A DNA stretch of 64,000 nt. Origin: an uncultured Actinomycetes bacterium. Its GTDB lineage: Bacteria; Actinomycetota; Actinomycetes; S36-B12; UBA10799. Position 1 is the stretch's first letter, and each line of letters starts with the position of its first letter. Positions 43,654-52,970 of this stretch are shown here, one piece after another. Both the position numbers and the translations under genes were made by a program. The stretch covers positions 3,434 to 67,433 of the forward strand of contig CAZVKB010000002.1 in NCBI GenBank assembly GCA_964627505.1. The letters are read 5' to 3'. The notes under the pieces are model-generated. The model was given only the letters and a program-made list of their open reading frames with translations, searched no databases and was not told the origin of the DNA.

Positions 43654-44556
43654 GTGCGAAGGCGCCGTCCGCACCGACCCCCTCTCGCCGAAAGGTCTGC
43701 TGTGGCTAGTGATCCCAACCCCGCGTCTTCGCCCCTGGACCAGTTGTCGGTCGAGCACCGAGATGCACTGTTGGGAGCGGCGCCAAATTTTCGCGACGTG
43801 GGCGGTTGGCCGACTGTCAGCGCGACGATGCGCACCGGCGTGATGTACCGCACCGATCACCTGGCGGGCTTACCCGCAGCTGCGCAAACCGCGCTGACGC
43901 ATCTGGAAGTGACTGAGGTGTACGACTTGCGCACGGACGCCGAGCGCACCCCGGCACCCGACGCCCTGCCGAGCACCATTGCTCTGCAAATCGCCGACGT
44001 ACTTGCTGATCGTCCTGACAGTGGCGCGGCCCAGGTGGCCGCACTCGGCGCTGCCCTCGCCGGTGGTGACGGTACCGCGATGGCCACCATCAATGCCGCC
44101 ATCGGCGACGGCAAGGCGGCCGACTTCATGATCGAGACCTATCGGGACTTCATCCGCTTGCCTTCGGCCAATCAGGCATATGCAAGTTTTTTGCGCGGGG
44201 TCGCCCATGGATCGTCTGCCATCGCCTTCCACTGCACTGCCGGCAAAGATCGCACCGGCTGGGCAGCGGCCATCACGCAGATGTTCGTCGGCGTAGACGA
44301 TGCAATCATCATCCGTGAGTACCTTGCCAGCAATGAGCTCACCAGCGCGATGTTCACCCCGATGCTGGCGGCATTCCGCACTGCCGGCGGTGATGCTGAA
44401 TCCTTGGCGACCGTGATGCAGGTGCGCTCGGAGTACTTGGACGCCGCCATCAGCTTGATGACGAGCACGTACGGAGATGTGGAGGGCTACCTGCGCCAGG
44501 GGTTAGGGCTGCAGGATGAAGACCTCGCGGCCTTGCAGCACCGACTTGTAGGCTGA
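43654..44556 (+). CDS. Tyrosine-protein phosphatase (CX5R, Y_phosphatase3-like)
   Basis: Active-site HCTAGKDRTG, and an N-terminal ...NFRDVGG. Start uncertain (GTG at 43654 or 43702). Confidence 0.8.
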   Translation: MRRRRPHRPPLAERSAVASDPNPASSPLDQLSVEHRDALLGAAPNFRDVGGWPTVSATMRTGVMYRTDHLAGLPAAAQTALTHLEVTEVYDLRTDAERTPAPDALPSTIALQIADVLADRPDSGAAQVAALGAALAGGDGTAMATINAAIGDGKAADFMIETYRDFIRLPSANQAYASFLRGVAHGSSAIAFHCTAGKDRTGWAAAITQMFVGVDDAIIIREYLASNELTSAMFTPMLAAFRTAGGDAESLATVMQVRSEYLDAAISLMTSTYGDVEGYLRQGLGLQDEDLAALQHRLVG

Positions 44557-44601
44557 AGTCTCGTCCGGCACCGCGCAGCTCGGCAGGCTGAGGAGGCAGT
44601 A

Positions 44602-45234
44602 ATGAGTGTGGTCCTGTGCTTCGGCGATTCACTCACGTGGGGGTTCGACCCGGCAACGGCTACCCGACTACCGGCCGCCGATCGCTGGCCCACAGTGCTC
44701 GCGAGCGGTCTCGGGCCGGATGTCCACGTCATTGCCGAGGGACTTAACGGACGGACAACCACCGCTGATTCTCCCTTTCGAGCCATGCGCAGTGGGGCGG
44801 CAATGCTGCCGGCGCTGTTGGAGTCGCACACACCCATCGACATAGTCGTGATCATGCTCGGCACCAACGATCTGCAAACTGCGCTGGGACTGTCGGCGAA
44901 TTACGCCGCATCCGGCGTGGCCAGCCTGCTAGATGTGGTGGCTCGCAGCTTGGCCGGACCCGACCGGAGTTCCCCGCGGGCACTGCTGGTCTCACCGCCG
45001 CATGTGATCGCACCCTGCGGTTTCATGGGCGTGCTGTGGGAAGGACGCGAGGCAGAGTCTCGTCGCCTGGCCGACCGATACCGGGCGGTGGCCGAGATGT
45101 CCGGTGCCGGCTTCTTCGATGCCGCCTCTGTCGTATCGCCGAGCCTCACCGACGGTGTGCACCTGGACCCCGCAGGTCAACGCACGCTGGGGGTCCACCT
45201 CACAGCGGAAGTCGCCGCGCTGCTCGACAAGTGA
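44602..45234 (+). CDS. SGNH/GDSL hydrolase (arylesterase-like)
   Basis: Block I VLCFGDSLTWG, block III GTND, block V DGVHLD. Confidence 0.85.
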   Translation: MSVVLCFGDSLTWGFDPATATRLPAADRWPTVLASGLGPDVHVIAEGLNGRTTTADSPFRAMRSGAAMLPALLESHTPIDIVVIMLGTNDLQTALGLSANYAASGVASLLDVVARSLAGPDRSSPRALLVSPPHVIAPCGFMGVLWEGREAESRRLADRYRAVAEMSGAGFFDAASVVSPSLTDGVHLDPAGQRTLGVHLTAEVAALLDK

Positions 45235-45244
45235 TCGGCTGGTG

Positions 45245-46705
45245 TTAGGCGATCGGGCCACTCGCGGCGGTGACCATCGCCGGGCGACCCAAGTTGTCCA
45301 GCGGCAACGGATTCGTGGCTGCTGGCGTGCAGGTGACCACCTGGCCGCGATATGCGGGATTCGTGCTCGCCAGCTCGTGACACGCCGCTAGCGCCCGTTG
45401 CCCCCAGTAGTTGGGGTGTGCCGGCATCTGCTGCAAGTTCTTCGTCGCCACCCCGCAGGCGCCGTCTTTCCACGAGTTCCAGCCCCAGCCACAATCCTTT
45501 GGTCCATCGACGGCCTGCCACAGCATCGGGTAGCGCTTGAGCGGGGAGTCCCCGATGGGGCAGAAGCCGCTGTCCTGCACACAGTTGATGATTACGGGAG
45601 TCATCCAGTACCCGTTTTGCCCACCTTCGGTGGCACTGGTCCACTGCGGATTCATGGAATGACCGCCGGGGCTGGCCACCGTGGGCAGGACGGCACTTTT
45701 CGCGCACAGTTCGTGACCGGCAAAAGCATGCGTGGCATCGACTACGACGATATTGGCTTTTTCACCCGATTCGGCCAGCACGGTTTTGGCACCCTCGATG
45801 ACGCGCGTACGCAGCGTGGGCCCGAGTGTGTCGTTGAAGTAGTTGAAGTCACTATCGGTAAAAGGACAGCCACCATAGATTTGCCGACCCCAATCGTGGT
45901 CCCCGCCGAGGCTCGGGTCAACGTTGGCCGCGGTGGGAATACCGATGGGGTAGGTCTGCACGGCGATCGTGTAGGACTCTTGCGGGATGCCGGCGTTCGC
46001 CATCGCCTGCCGCACATTGCGCAAGGACGTCTCGACGGCGGTCTTCGCACCAACGAGCCCCGTAGCCATCTGCTGCTGCAGCACCGAACCGCTGTCCGGT
46101 CGGGAGCATGCGGACTTCCCCGGGGTCACGAATCGTGCGGTGCAGTCTGAGACGATCGGGCCAAAACCAACATCGTTGCCACCGATGGACACCGCAACAG
46201 TCGTGATGCGGTCACCGTGTGCCTGCACTTCGCGGGCGAACGCTTCCAGCTGGCTGGCTTGCCCCTGCGGTGAGGTGGCGAAATCGATCCCTGGCTTTCC
46301 TGGCACAGAGGTGGAAATCGCACCCGAGCAGGCCAGGTTCTTGCCGGTGTACTGGCTGGCATCGCCCCACATCATCAGCGCGGACGCGGAGCGGTGGCAG
46401 AGTGTGCCGACACCAGTCGTGTCGCCCGGGTAGGTCTGCTCGAGCGAGCCGCCGAATGTCCACGTCCACCACTGCGCACCACCGCCGTAACGGGTGAACG
46501 TAGCTCCTTCCCCGGACATGTACGAATCGCCGAGCCCGACCACCCACTGGCGCTGGCCGTCGGTGTCCGCGGCCGGTGCGACTGCTGCTGCGTTCGGAGC
46601 TGTGGCCGGGGTCGCTGCCACTGCGGGATTCGCGGTGACGAGGGCTCCGATGGTGAGAACTCCTGCCGAAATAGCCGATGCCACATGCCGACCGTTGACG
46701 TTCAT
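45245..46705 (-). CDS. Secreted SGNH/GDSL-type hydrolase with Cys/Trp-rich C-terminal domain
   Basis: Signal peptide (…LVTANPAVAATPA), VVGLGDSYMSGEG and SIGGNDVGF. Convergent with the previous gene, 10-nt gap. Confidence 0.7.
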   Translation of the reverse strand: MNVNGRHVASAISAGVLTIGALVTANPAVAATPATAPNAAAVAPAADTDGQRQWVVGLGDSYMSGEGATFTRYGGGAQWWTWTFGGSLEQTYPGDTTGVGTLCHRSASALMMWGDASQYTGKNLACSGAISTSVPGKPGIDFATSPQGQASQLEAFAREVQAHGDRITTVAVSIGGNDVGFGPIVSDCTARFVTPGKSACSRPDSGSVLQQQMATGLVGAKTAVETSLRNVRQAMANAGIPQESYTIAVQTYPIGIPTAANVDPSLGGDHDWGRQIYGGCPFTDSDFNYFNDTLGPTLRTRVIEGAKTVLAESGEKANIVVVDATHAFAGHELCAKSAVLPTVASPGGHSMNPQWTSATEGGQNGYWMTPVIINCVQDSGFCPIGDSPLKRYPMLWQAVDGPKDCGWGWNSWKDGACGVATKNLQQMPAHPNYWGQRALAACHELASTNPAYRGQVVTCTPAATNPLPLDNLGRPAMVTAASGPIA

Positions 46706-46868
46706 GGCGTGACGCCTCCTGAAATCGCGCTCAAACTATCCCGCCAACGTATCGCCGACGCCGCTGCCGGCGCCACCGACCAAAGTCCTCACCTACATCC
46801 CACGGAGTAGGCGCTACTCCCCAGGAAGGCTCCGCAAACCCTCCGGGCGGCGCTAGCGACTCGGAGGT

Positions 46869-47435
46869 GTGTCCGTCCATATTGTTCCCATGACCTCCAC
46901 ACCGGAAAATCCCCAAACACCCAACCCCGATCCAACCGAACTGATCAGCGACCCTGCCACCAGCCAACCTGCGGCTACCGGTCCAAGCCAAAGTAGTGCG
47001 CCTGCCGACGGTGGCCCTGTCCCCGGACAGTGGCAGCCCACCGGTACCACCGCCACTCCGGTGGAACCACCTGAGGGTTGGCAAGCGGGCTACGCCAAGC
47101 AGAAGCGCCGGGCGCAAGGTTTCATGATTGCCACCATCGCGCTCGGGATCACGACGATCCTGGCTGGGGTGATGGCGCTGGGCTTGGGTACCGCGATGGT
47201 GGTGCGCAACGTTGCAGATGGACCCGCCGGGCACTCCCGGATGGATGACGGGCGCGACTTCGATGATCGCGGTGACATGCGCGGGTTTGACGATCGCGGT
47301 GACATGCGCGGGTTCGGCAACAACCCGAACCTGGGCAACGGCCAGCGCGGCAACCGGATGACACCAACACCCACCCCAACCCCCACAGCACCTACCCCTG
47401 CTCCTGCCACCCCAACGCCCACACCTACATCCTGA
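46869..47435 (+). CDS. Hypothetical Pro/Thr-rich single-pass membrane protein
   Basis: Proline-rich N-terminus, TM FMIATIALGITTILAGVMALGLGTAMVV, a duplicated DDRGDMRGF and a (PT)n tail. Preferred over the antisense 286-aa ORF. The start may be 46890. Confidence 0.5.
   Translation: MSVHIVPMTSTPENPQTPNPDPTELISDPATSQPAATGPSQSSAPADGGPVPGQWQPTGTTATPVEPPEGWQAGYAKQKRRAQGFMIATIALGITTILAGVMALGLGTAMVVRNVADGPAGHSRMDDGRDFDDRGDMRGFDDRGDMRGFGNNPNLGNGQRGNRMTPTPTPTPTAPTPAPATPTPTPTS
47252..47305 (+). repeat. 27-nt in-frame tandem duplication (DDRGDMRGF x2)
   Basis: gatcgcggtgacatgcgcgggtt occurs at 47255-47277 and again at 47282-47304. Confidence 0.9.
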
Positions 47436-47484
47436 CCCGACCCACTTGCGCGGCTGCCGGAGGGTATGCGTAAGGCTTGCGGTC

Positions 47485-48027
47485 ATGAGTGTCACCGACC
47501 CTTCAGCAGCCGACGACGTGGTAGTTCTGCTCGATGAGCACGACCGACCCTGTGGTACCGCACCCAGGGTGAGCGTCCACACCGAGCACACTCCCCTGCA
47601 CCTGGCGTTTTCGTGCTACCTGCGCCGCGCAGATGGCAAGGTCCTGATGACCCGGCGCGCGCTGACCAAGCGCACCTGGCCGGGGGTGTGGACCAACTCC
47701 TGCTGCGGACATCCGCGACCGGGCGAGCCGATGACCGACGCCATCCGTCGCCGGTTGGCCGATGAGCTGCAAGCCAGCGCCACCGGCATCGAACTCGTGC
47801 TTGCCGATTTTCGGTACCGGGCTGTGGACGCTTCGGGAGTGGTGGAGAACGAGTTCTGTCCCGTTTATGTGGCGACGTTGGTTGATTCGGTGCACCCCGT
47901 CACTGCCGAGGTGGCTGAGATTGCATGGGTCGAACCAGCTGACGTCATGATGGTCGCCGCTCGCACGCCGTGGTTGCTGAGTCCATGGTGCGTGAGCCAG
48001 TTGGCCCAGTTGCATCGTGTCTTCTGA
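47485..48027 (+). CDS. idi: Isopentenyl-diphosphate delta-isomerase, type 1 (Nudix)
   Basis: ...HLAFSCYL...WPGVWTNSCCGHP...ENEFCPVYVA. Start at MSVTDPS. Confidence 0.9.
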   Translation: MSVTDPSAADDVVVLLDEHDRPCGTAPRVSVHTEHTPLHLAFSCYLRRADGKVLMTRRALTKRTWPGVWTNSCCGHPRPGEPMTDAIRRRLADELQASATGIELVLADFRYRAVDASGVVENEFCPVYVATLVDSVHPVTAEVAEIAWVEPADVMMVAARTPWLLSPWCVSQLAQLHRVF

Positions 48028-49402
48028 CTTCCAGCGCGCGCCGTCATTGGCACCGGCGGCCAGGGTCATCAGATCGCACTACGGCGTCGTCATCGGTGAT
48101 CGGGATATGGCGCGGGTCAACGCGCAACTGGGCCGGATCGCGGCGCGGGATGGTCTGGCCGTTGCGCTGCTTGTCGCCTGGCAACACGGGCTGACGATCG
48201 GCCACATTCCCGTGGACGACCACGCCAACGCCCAACTGCTCGCGGTACCCGCCAGCGCGCACTGTCCCTACGTTTTCGTGCATGTGCCGGTGCGCACCAT
48301 TCGCGGTGATCACAGCGAACTCATTCGCCGCGGGATCATGAATCCGCAACCGGATCCCGCTCGACTGCGCCGACACGACCCTGTGCGCTCGCGGCACCAT
48401 GATTCCGAGGGAGTTCCGGACTCCTGGGTGACGTCGGAGTTATTGAGCACGCGCCGTGGCTCGGGTGAAGCACACGCCGACGCCGCAACCGGAGCGTGCT
48501 TCCTGTGCTCCGAGGCGGAACTTACTCCGCACGAAGCGTCTTTCGGGATTCCCGCGGACTCAGCGCATGCGCCCACCGCGCGCGACTATGCCGTCGGATT
48601 CACCTTCGCCCCCTTCGGCGACCCCGCCGAGGTGTGTCACTTTCTCGCGTGGGATCACCCGGGCAATGATGCGCCAGTGCTGAGCATGCAGCCAACGGAT
48701 TTCTCCACCACCGACCTGCTGACCATCACCAGTCGCGTGAATGACGGCCTCGCCCAATTCTGCCAGGACTACCAACTCGGTGCGCCACCGACGATCACCG
48801 GCGTGTGCAACCACTGGGCAGGCAACACCATCGATCACCAGCACTATCAATTCTTCAGCCTGTCCACGCTGCCGCTGTTGGTTGCAGCGCGCGAGCCGGG
48901 TTCGGTGATCACGATCGGACAGGGGTTACGAGTTCGCCGAGTCACGTCCTGGCCGGCGGCTGCCTACGTGATTGAGCCCATGCCGGGAGATGATGGCGTT
49001 TGGGATGCGCACGATCCCGACCCACAGGTGCGAACGATGGTCGGTCGGGCAGCCGATGCGCTTGCTGCCCTGTGGAACGACCTTGCTGCCAGCCACACGC
49101 AGAACACGGTGGCGTACCGATGCGAAGGCACCGACCGGGCACTCGTGATCCCCCGCGATCGGAACCGAACGGCCACACTTCCCACGTTGACCGGATTGCG
49201 CAAGGTCAACGCCGGTGTGTTGGAGATGTTGGGCTACTTCCTCATTGACGACGCCGACGACCTGCAACGGATCGCCGGACTCGGCTCTGCGCAGCGCACC
49301 GCTCTGGGCGACGCATGGCTTGCGGCGCTGACCCCACCGGCTGCAGAGATCGCGGAGTTTGAAGCCGAGGTGCGAGCAGCCCCACTCGCGTTCACGTCAT
49401 AA
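48017..49402 (+). CDS. Hypothetical protein with GalT-like (HIT superfamily branch III) nucleotidyltransferase/phosphorylase motifs and an unknown ~150-aa N-terminal region
   Basis: GACFLCSEAE (compare E. coli GalT DPDCFLCAGN) and NHWAGNTIDHQHYQF (HxHxQ). The GTG start overlaps the idi 3' end by 11 nt. The start could be further downstream. Confidence 0.55.
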   Translation: MSSDFQRAPSLAPAARVIRSHYGVVIGDRDMARVNAQLGRIAARDGLAVALLVAWQHGLTIGHIPVDDHANAQLLAVPASAHCPYVFVHVPVRTIRGDHSELIRRGIMNPQPDPARLRRHDPVRSRHHDSEGVPDSWVTSELLSTRRGSGEAHADAATGACFLCSEAELTPHEASFGIPADSAHAPTARDYAVGFTFAPFGDPAEVCHFLAWDHPGNDAPVLSMQPTDFSTTDLLTITSRVNDGLAQFCQDYQLGAPPTITGVCNHWAGNTIDHQHYQFFSLSTLPLLVAAREPGSVITIGQGLRVRRVTSWPAAAYVIEPMPGDDGVWDAHDPDPQVRTMVGRAADALAALWNDLAASHTQNTVAYRCEGTDRALVIPRDRNRTATLPTLTGLRKVNAGVLEMLGYFLIDDADDLQRIAGLGSAQRTALGDAWLAALTPPAAEIAEFEAEVRAAPLAFTS

Positions 49403-50663
49403 GCCCGAGTTCGCTGCACAGCAGCAGAATCGAGGACATCGCCGAATAGCGCGTGAATGGCTCCTGGAGTTCGCGCGAGCCCATCGTCTTGTACCAGGGC
49501 CAGGTGTCGTAGGAGAGATCCCAGTGGTTGGCGTGGAACATGGCCGGGTGGACCGCATGCGCCGTCGGCGGGGTGGCCTCTGCCTGCGTGAGCTGCATGT
49601 CGTTGTAGGGATCCAACTTATGCAACTCCTCCTCGCCGGACCGATTGAAGTAGGCGACTTCGCGGGCAGAGGTGGAACCGGTGAAGTAGATCGTGGGGAT
49701 CCCGTAGGACTGCAACGTGGCCGCGTGTTCGGAGTTGAACTCTTCCCGACGCATGGTGGTGAGCGAATACAGCGCGCCTTTGACGTCGTACTCATCCAGT
49801 CTGCGGTCGAGCCGAGTGATGTCTGGAAATGGAAAGAAGCGCTTTGCCAGGCCAGCCAGCTGTTCGGCCAGTTGGTCAGCCAGTTGCGAATTGGGCACTG
49901 CGCTGACCTCGTGGTACATGTCGTTGGCCAGTGGCGAACCGCCATGGGCACCAGCCCAACTCACAACTGCCCGTACCCGGGGCACCAGATCCGGTCGGGC
50001 CACCAGGAAAGTCGAAATGTCGGGCGCACCCTTGGAGTAGCCCATCAGCACCACATCACCGGGGGGCGTGGGGTGATCCTCCGCAGTCAGCAGTGTGCCT
50101 TCTGGATCAGGAGCATTGCCGATTCCGTTTTCCATGGCGTTGACCAAGTCAGCGACATTGGCTTCCGATGATCGCACCGGATGGGAATCGGCTGACAGGA
50201 TCTTCACGCCGAACCGTTCGACCATCTGCGGGAACACGGTTTGGAATGCCAGAGTCGGCATGTAGCCGGTGATCAGTCCTGGAGCGAACAACAAAGTCGT
50301 GTCGGCGAAGCCGTCGGCATTCGCGCGTGGCATTTCGCGATGGATCTCTTCTGGATCGATGTGGCGAAAGAAGCGCTCGGCCACCCGCTCGCGGTCGTCG
50401 CGCCGGTCCAGGAAACTCATCGGGAAGCGGCGACCTGCATGGGCCAAGGCATCTGGACTGGCCGTGGCTTCGTCCAGAAAGATGTTGCGGTACCGCTGGG
50501 CAATCCACTCAGCAACGACGGGGTCGGCCATAGCAGCCACCCGATCGGCGGTGAGAAAGTCACGGACGCGTGCGATCACTTCGTCGTACGCGCCTTGTGT
50601 GATCGCTAGTTGAATCGCAAAGGAAGCCTCTGTGGGGTCAATGGCCTGGGCGTCGCTGGTCAT
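49392..50663 (-). CDS. Alpha/beta-hydrolase-like protein (GYSKG nucleophile elbow), lipase/esterase-like
   Basis: From MTSDAQAIDPTE... (ATG at 50663, ATGA overlap with the upstream PAP2 stop). ...VVLMGYSKGAPD... The 719-aa track ORF extension runs in another frame across the PAP2 gene and is rejected. Confidence 0.68.
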   Translation of the reverse strand: MTSDAQAIDPTEASFAIQLAITQGAYDEVIARVRDFLTADRVAAMADPVVAEWIAQRYRNIFLDEATASPDALAHAGRRFPMSFLDRRDDRERVAERFFRHIDPEEIHREMPRANADGFADTTLLFAPGLITGYMPTLAFQTVFPQMVERFGVKILSADSHPVRSSEANVADLVNAMENGIGNAPDPEGTLLTAEDHPTPPGDVVLMGYSKGAPDISTFLVARPDLVPRVRAVVSWAGAHGGSPLANDMYHEVSAVPNSQLADQLAEQLAGLAKRFFPFPDITRLDRRLDEYDVKGALYSLTTMRREEFNSEHAATLQSYGIPTIYFTGSTSAREVAYFNRSGEEELHKLDPYNDMQLTQAEATPPTAHAVHPAMFHANHWDLSYDTWPWYKTMGSRELQEPFTRYSAMSSILLLCSELGLMT

Positions 50664-51616
50664 GGGTTCGCTCCTCGCTCTGGAGTCCGGGTTGTGGTGG
50701 GTGCAGTTGGGGTGGCTGGTGCTGTTGGAGTGGCTGGAAGTGCCATCACATGGACGTGCGGCCAGCCGGTGGGCAGCTCCGTGTGCGGAACCAATTGGGG
50801 CCGCTCCACGAGGAACATCACACCCCAATACGTGGCGAAACCGACAAACAAGCCGGCGTAGACATCCATCAGGTAGTGCTGGCGCAACATCACAGTGGCC
50901 GGCCAAATCAACGCCACCCACAGCATGAGGATCCAGGCCGTGCGCGGAATCACCCGACGCAATCGCCACAGACTGATGATCAGAATTGTGCTCCACGTGA
51001 CGTGCCCGGACGGGTAGCCATTGAAGGGGGCATCGTTGCCCCAGACAAGTTCCACCAGGGAGGCAGCAAAGCCACCCTGGGCGACCACATCCTGCGCTTG
51101 CGCGTCGCGCAGCACCTCGGTCTGGAAGAAGAAGTACGCCACGTCGAGAAAAAGTTGGCTGACGATGAGGGCTAAACCCACCGTCAGGAAGCGGCGAAAC
51201 GAACTCAACCATAGGTTCAAAGCTGGGATCACAGCCACGACGACGAAGAGACTCAGGTAGGGCAGTGCTAACAGCGGGACGAACGGAAGTTTGGCATCGA
51301 GCCAACTGCGCAACACAAAAGTGTGGGTTTGGGAGCCGGGATCCGGCACACCTGACGGTGCGGCGTCGAAGTTGGAGTCGTACGGCTGCGTGAGGACGGA
51401 TCCGGGCTCGGGTTGTGGGTCGTAGGCCCAAAACGACGGCCATCGCCACTCCGGCGGCGCGAAATTGAAGCGCTCGTAGGACACAAATACTGCTATCACT
51501 CCAAGTGCCACGAGTACGACCCCGACCCACTGGTGACGGCTGATCTGCCACCGCGGAATTGTGCTTACCGGCGTCGAAGATGACTGCGGTTGTCCCGCCG
51601 GCGGGGTGGGTGTCAT
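50660..51616 (-). CDS. PAP2-superfamily membrane protein of the sphingomyelin-synthase/Aur1-like type (PAP2_3-like)
   Basis: About 6 TM helices. YPSGHVTWS (C2) and RQHYLMDVYAGLFVGFATY (HYxxDV-type C3). No KxxxxxxRP C1 motif seen. Start set at MTPTPPAGQ. Confidence 0.75.
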   Translation of the reverse strand: MTPTPPAGQPQSSSTPVSTIPRWQISRHQWVGVVLVALGVIAVFVSYERFNFAPPEWRWPSFWAYDPQPEPGSVLTQPYDSNFDAAPSGVPDPGSQTHTFVLRSWLDAKLPFVPLLALPYLSLFVVVAVIPALNLWLSSFRRFLTVGLALIVSQLFLDVAYFFFQTEVLRDAQAQDVVAQGGFAASLVELVWGNDAPFNGYPSGHVTWSTILIISLWRLRRVIPRTAWILMLWVALIWPATVMLRQHYLMDVYAGLFVGFATYWGVMFLVERPQLVPHTELPTGWPHVHVMALPATPTAPATPTAPTTTRTPERGANP

Positions 51617-51761
51617 GCGAGACTCCTCACGTGCATGTGAATATTGTTCCACTCTAGGGATATCAAAATATCCATGTAGTGGTACACAAGATTTCATAGA
51701 AAACTCTTCGTGCTACTTTTATCGCGTCCCCGAACGTGCGATCACTCAACGGAGGTGTCCT

Positions 51762-52274
51762 ATGGGACTGTCTGACATGGCCCGCGAAACCGCTCAGGAA
51801 CAATTGCAGAAGGCACAGACGGATCTCACGCGTCACACCTCTGAACTAGAGGCAGCGCAGGCCCGGGTGGCCGTGGCCCAAAAAGCCATTGATGACCGGT
51901 CGCAAGCCGCAGCATCGTCTTCCGACGCCACCATCGCGGATTTGCAGGTGCAACTCAGCGACGCCGAAGCCACTCTGGAAGAGGCTCAGGCATCCGCCAA
52001 TTTGGCCGACACGGTGACCAGCCCCGGCCTTATCCATGACGCTACCGCACCCATCCGCCAGTCCGCCGATGCCAAGGTGACGTCGGCACAGGCTGCAGTG
52101 GATGACATCAAGGCCAAGATTTCCGAGGCGCAGGCAGTCGCGGTCACCCCGGTAGCGGCGACCTCACCCGAACTCACGTCTGCGCAGACAGACGTCACTG
52201 TTGCCGAGGCGAAGATCGCGTCAGCCAAGACCCGGGTTTCACTCGCCCAGAAGGCGCTCGACGCGCTGGGCTAG
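51762..52274 (+). CDS. Hypothetical Ala/Gln-rich coiled-coil-like protein
   Basis: ATG at 51762 preceded by GGAGG. MGLSDMARETAQEQLQKAQTDLTRHTSELEAAQARVAVAQKAI... No family recognised. Confidence 0.55.
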   Translation: MGLSDMARETAQEQLQKAQTDLTRHTSELEAAQARVAVAQKAIDDRSQAAASSSDATIADLQVQLSDAEATLEEAQASANLADTVTSPGLIHDATAPIRQSADAKVTSAQAAVDDIKAKISEAQAVAVTPVAATSPELTSAQTDVTVAEAKIASAKTRVSLAQKALDALG

Positions 52275-52355
52275 TGCTGGCCTTCTACAGCATCAGGTAA
52301 TTCCGCACGTTTGCAGCGTGGGAACCCATGTCCTGAAGCCGGTGCCCGCACCAAA

Positions 52356-52943
52356 TCAGTTGCGGGCGTCTCGCTTCGCCTGTTTCCGCGCGCCATGCGC
52401 GCGTTGCACGGCCCGCTGCTTGGCAGAAATCGGATTGCGCACGGACTGGTCGCGGCCTGGCGCGGCACCCCCCACGTCCGGACTCGTGGTCATGGCAGCG
52501 TCCGCACCCGACGATTTCGGGTGCTTGCGGCCCGCCTTGGCCGCGCGCGCCGCCGCCAATCGCTCCTGCCGCAACTCCGCCGCACTCTGCTCGGCCAGCA
52601 CGGCCAGTCGCGCGCTCACCCGCGACAACGCGATCTCGAATGCCTCGGCCTTCTTGCGGGATCGCTTGTTCTTCGGCCCTGCCTTGCCGCGCCCACCGTG
52701 CTGGTGCACCCCTTTTGCGGCCTTGCGCCGATATTGCCCAACATACTTGTTGCGGGCCCGCCGAATCCGTCGGTGGAGCTCCACCACGTCGTCCTCATTG
52801 AGCAGTTCGAGCGTTGCGGGCTCGGTCTCGGCCACCAACAGCCGCTCGGTGACATTGAGCGTGGACAGCAGGGATGCCTCCATGAAAGAGCTCCGTTCCG
52901 CAAGGTGGTGGGTAGCGTGGCTGGAAGTCTTGAGAATAGCCAC
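52356..52943 (-). CDS. Hypothetical highly basic protein
   Basis: ORF with a Lys/Arg-rich centre (…RRIRRARNKYVGQYRRKAAKGVHQHGGRGKAGPKNKRSRKKAEA…). The start may be the Met at 52883. No family recognised. Confidence 0.45.
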   Translation of the reverse strand: MAILKTSSHATHHLAERSSFMEASLLSTLNVTERLLVAETEPATLELLNEDDVVELHRRIRRARNKYVGQYRRKAAKGVHQHGGRGKAGPKNKRSRKKAEAFEIALSRVSARLAVLAEQSAAELRQERLAAARAAKAGRKHPKSSGADAAMTTSPDVGGAAPGRDQSVRNPISAKQRAVQRAHGARKQAKRDARN

Positions 52944-52970
52944 ACCGATTGCTGTGCGCGGATCCAGGGA

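Noticed and set aside
46731-47591. 286-aa minus-strand ORF
   Set aside because: It overlaps the plus-strand Pro/Thr-rich membrane ORF and the start of idi. Its product is Gly/Arg/Trp-rich junk. The plus-strand call remains only moderately confident.
50664-51551. Upstream 296 codons of the 719-aa minus-strand ORF 49392..51551
   Set aside because: This part overlaps, in a different frame, the PAP2-type membrane protein (50660..51616), which has clear TM helices and SGH/HYxxDV motifs. The hydrolase starts at the ATG at 50663.
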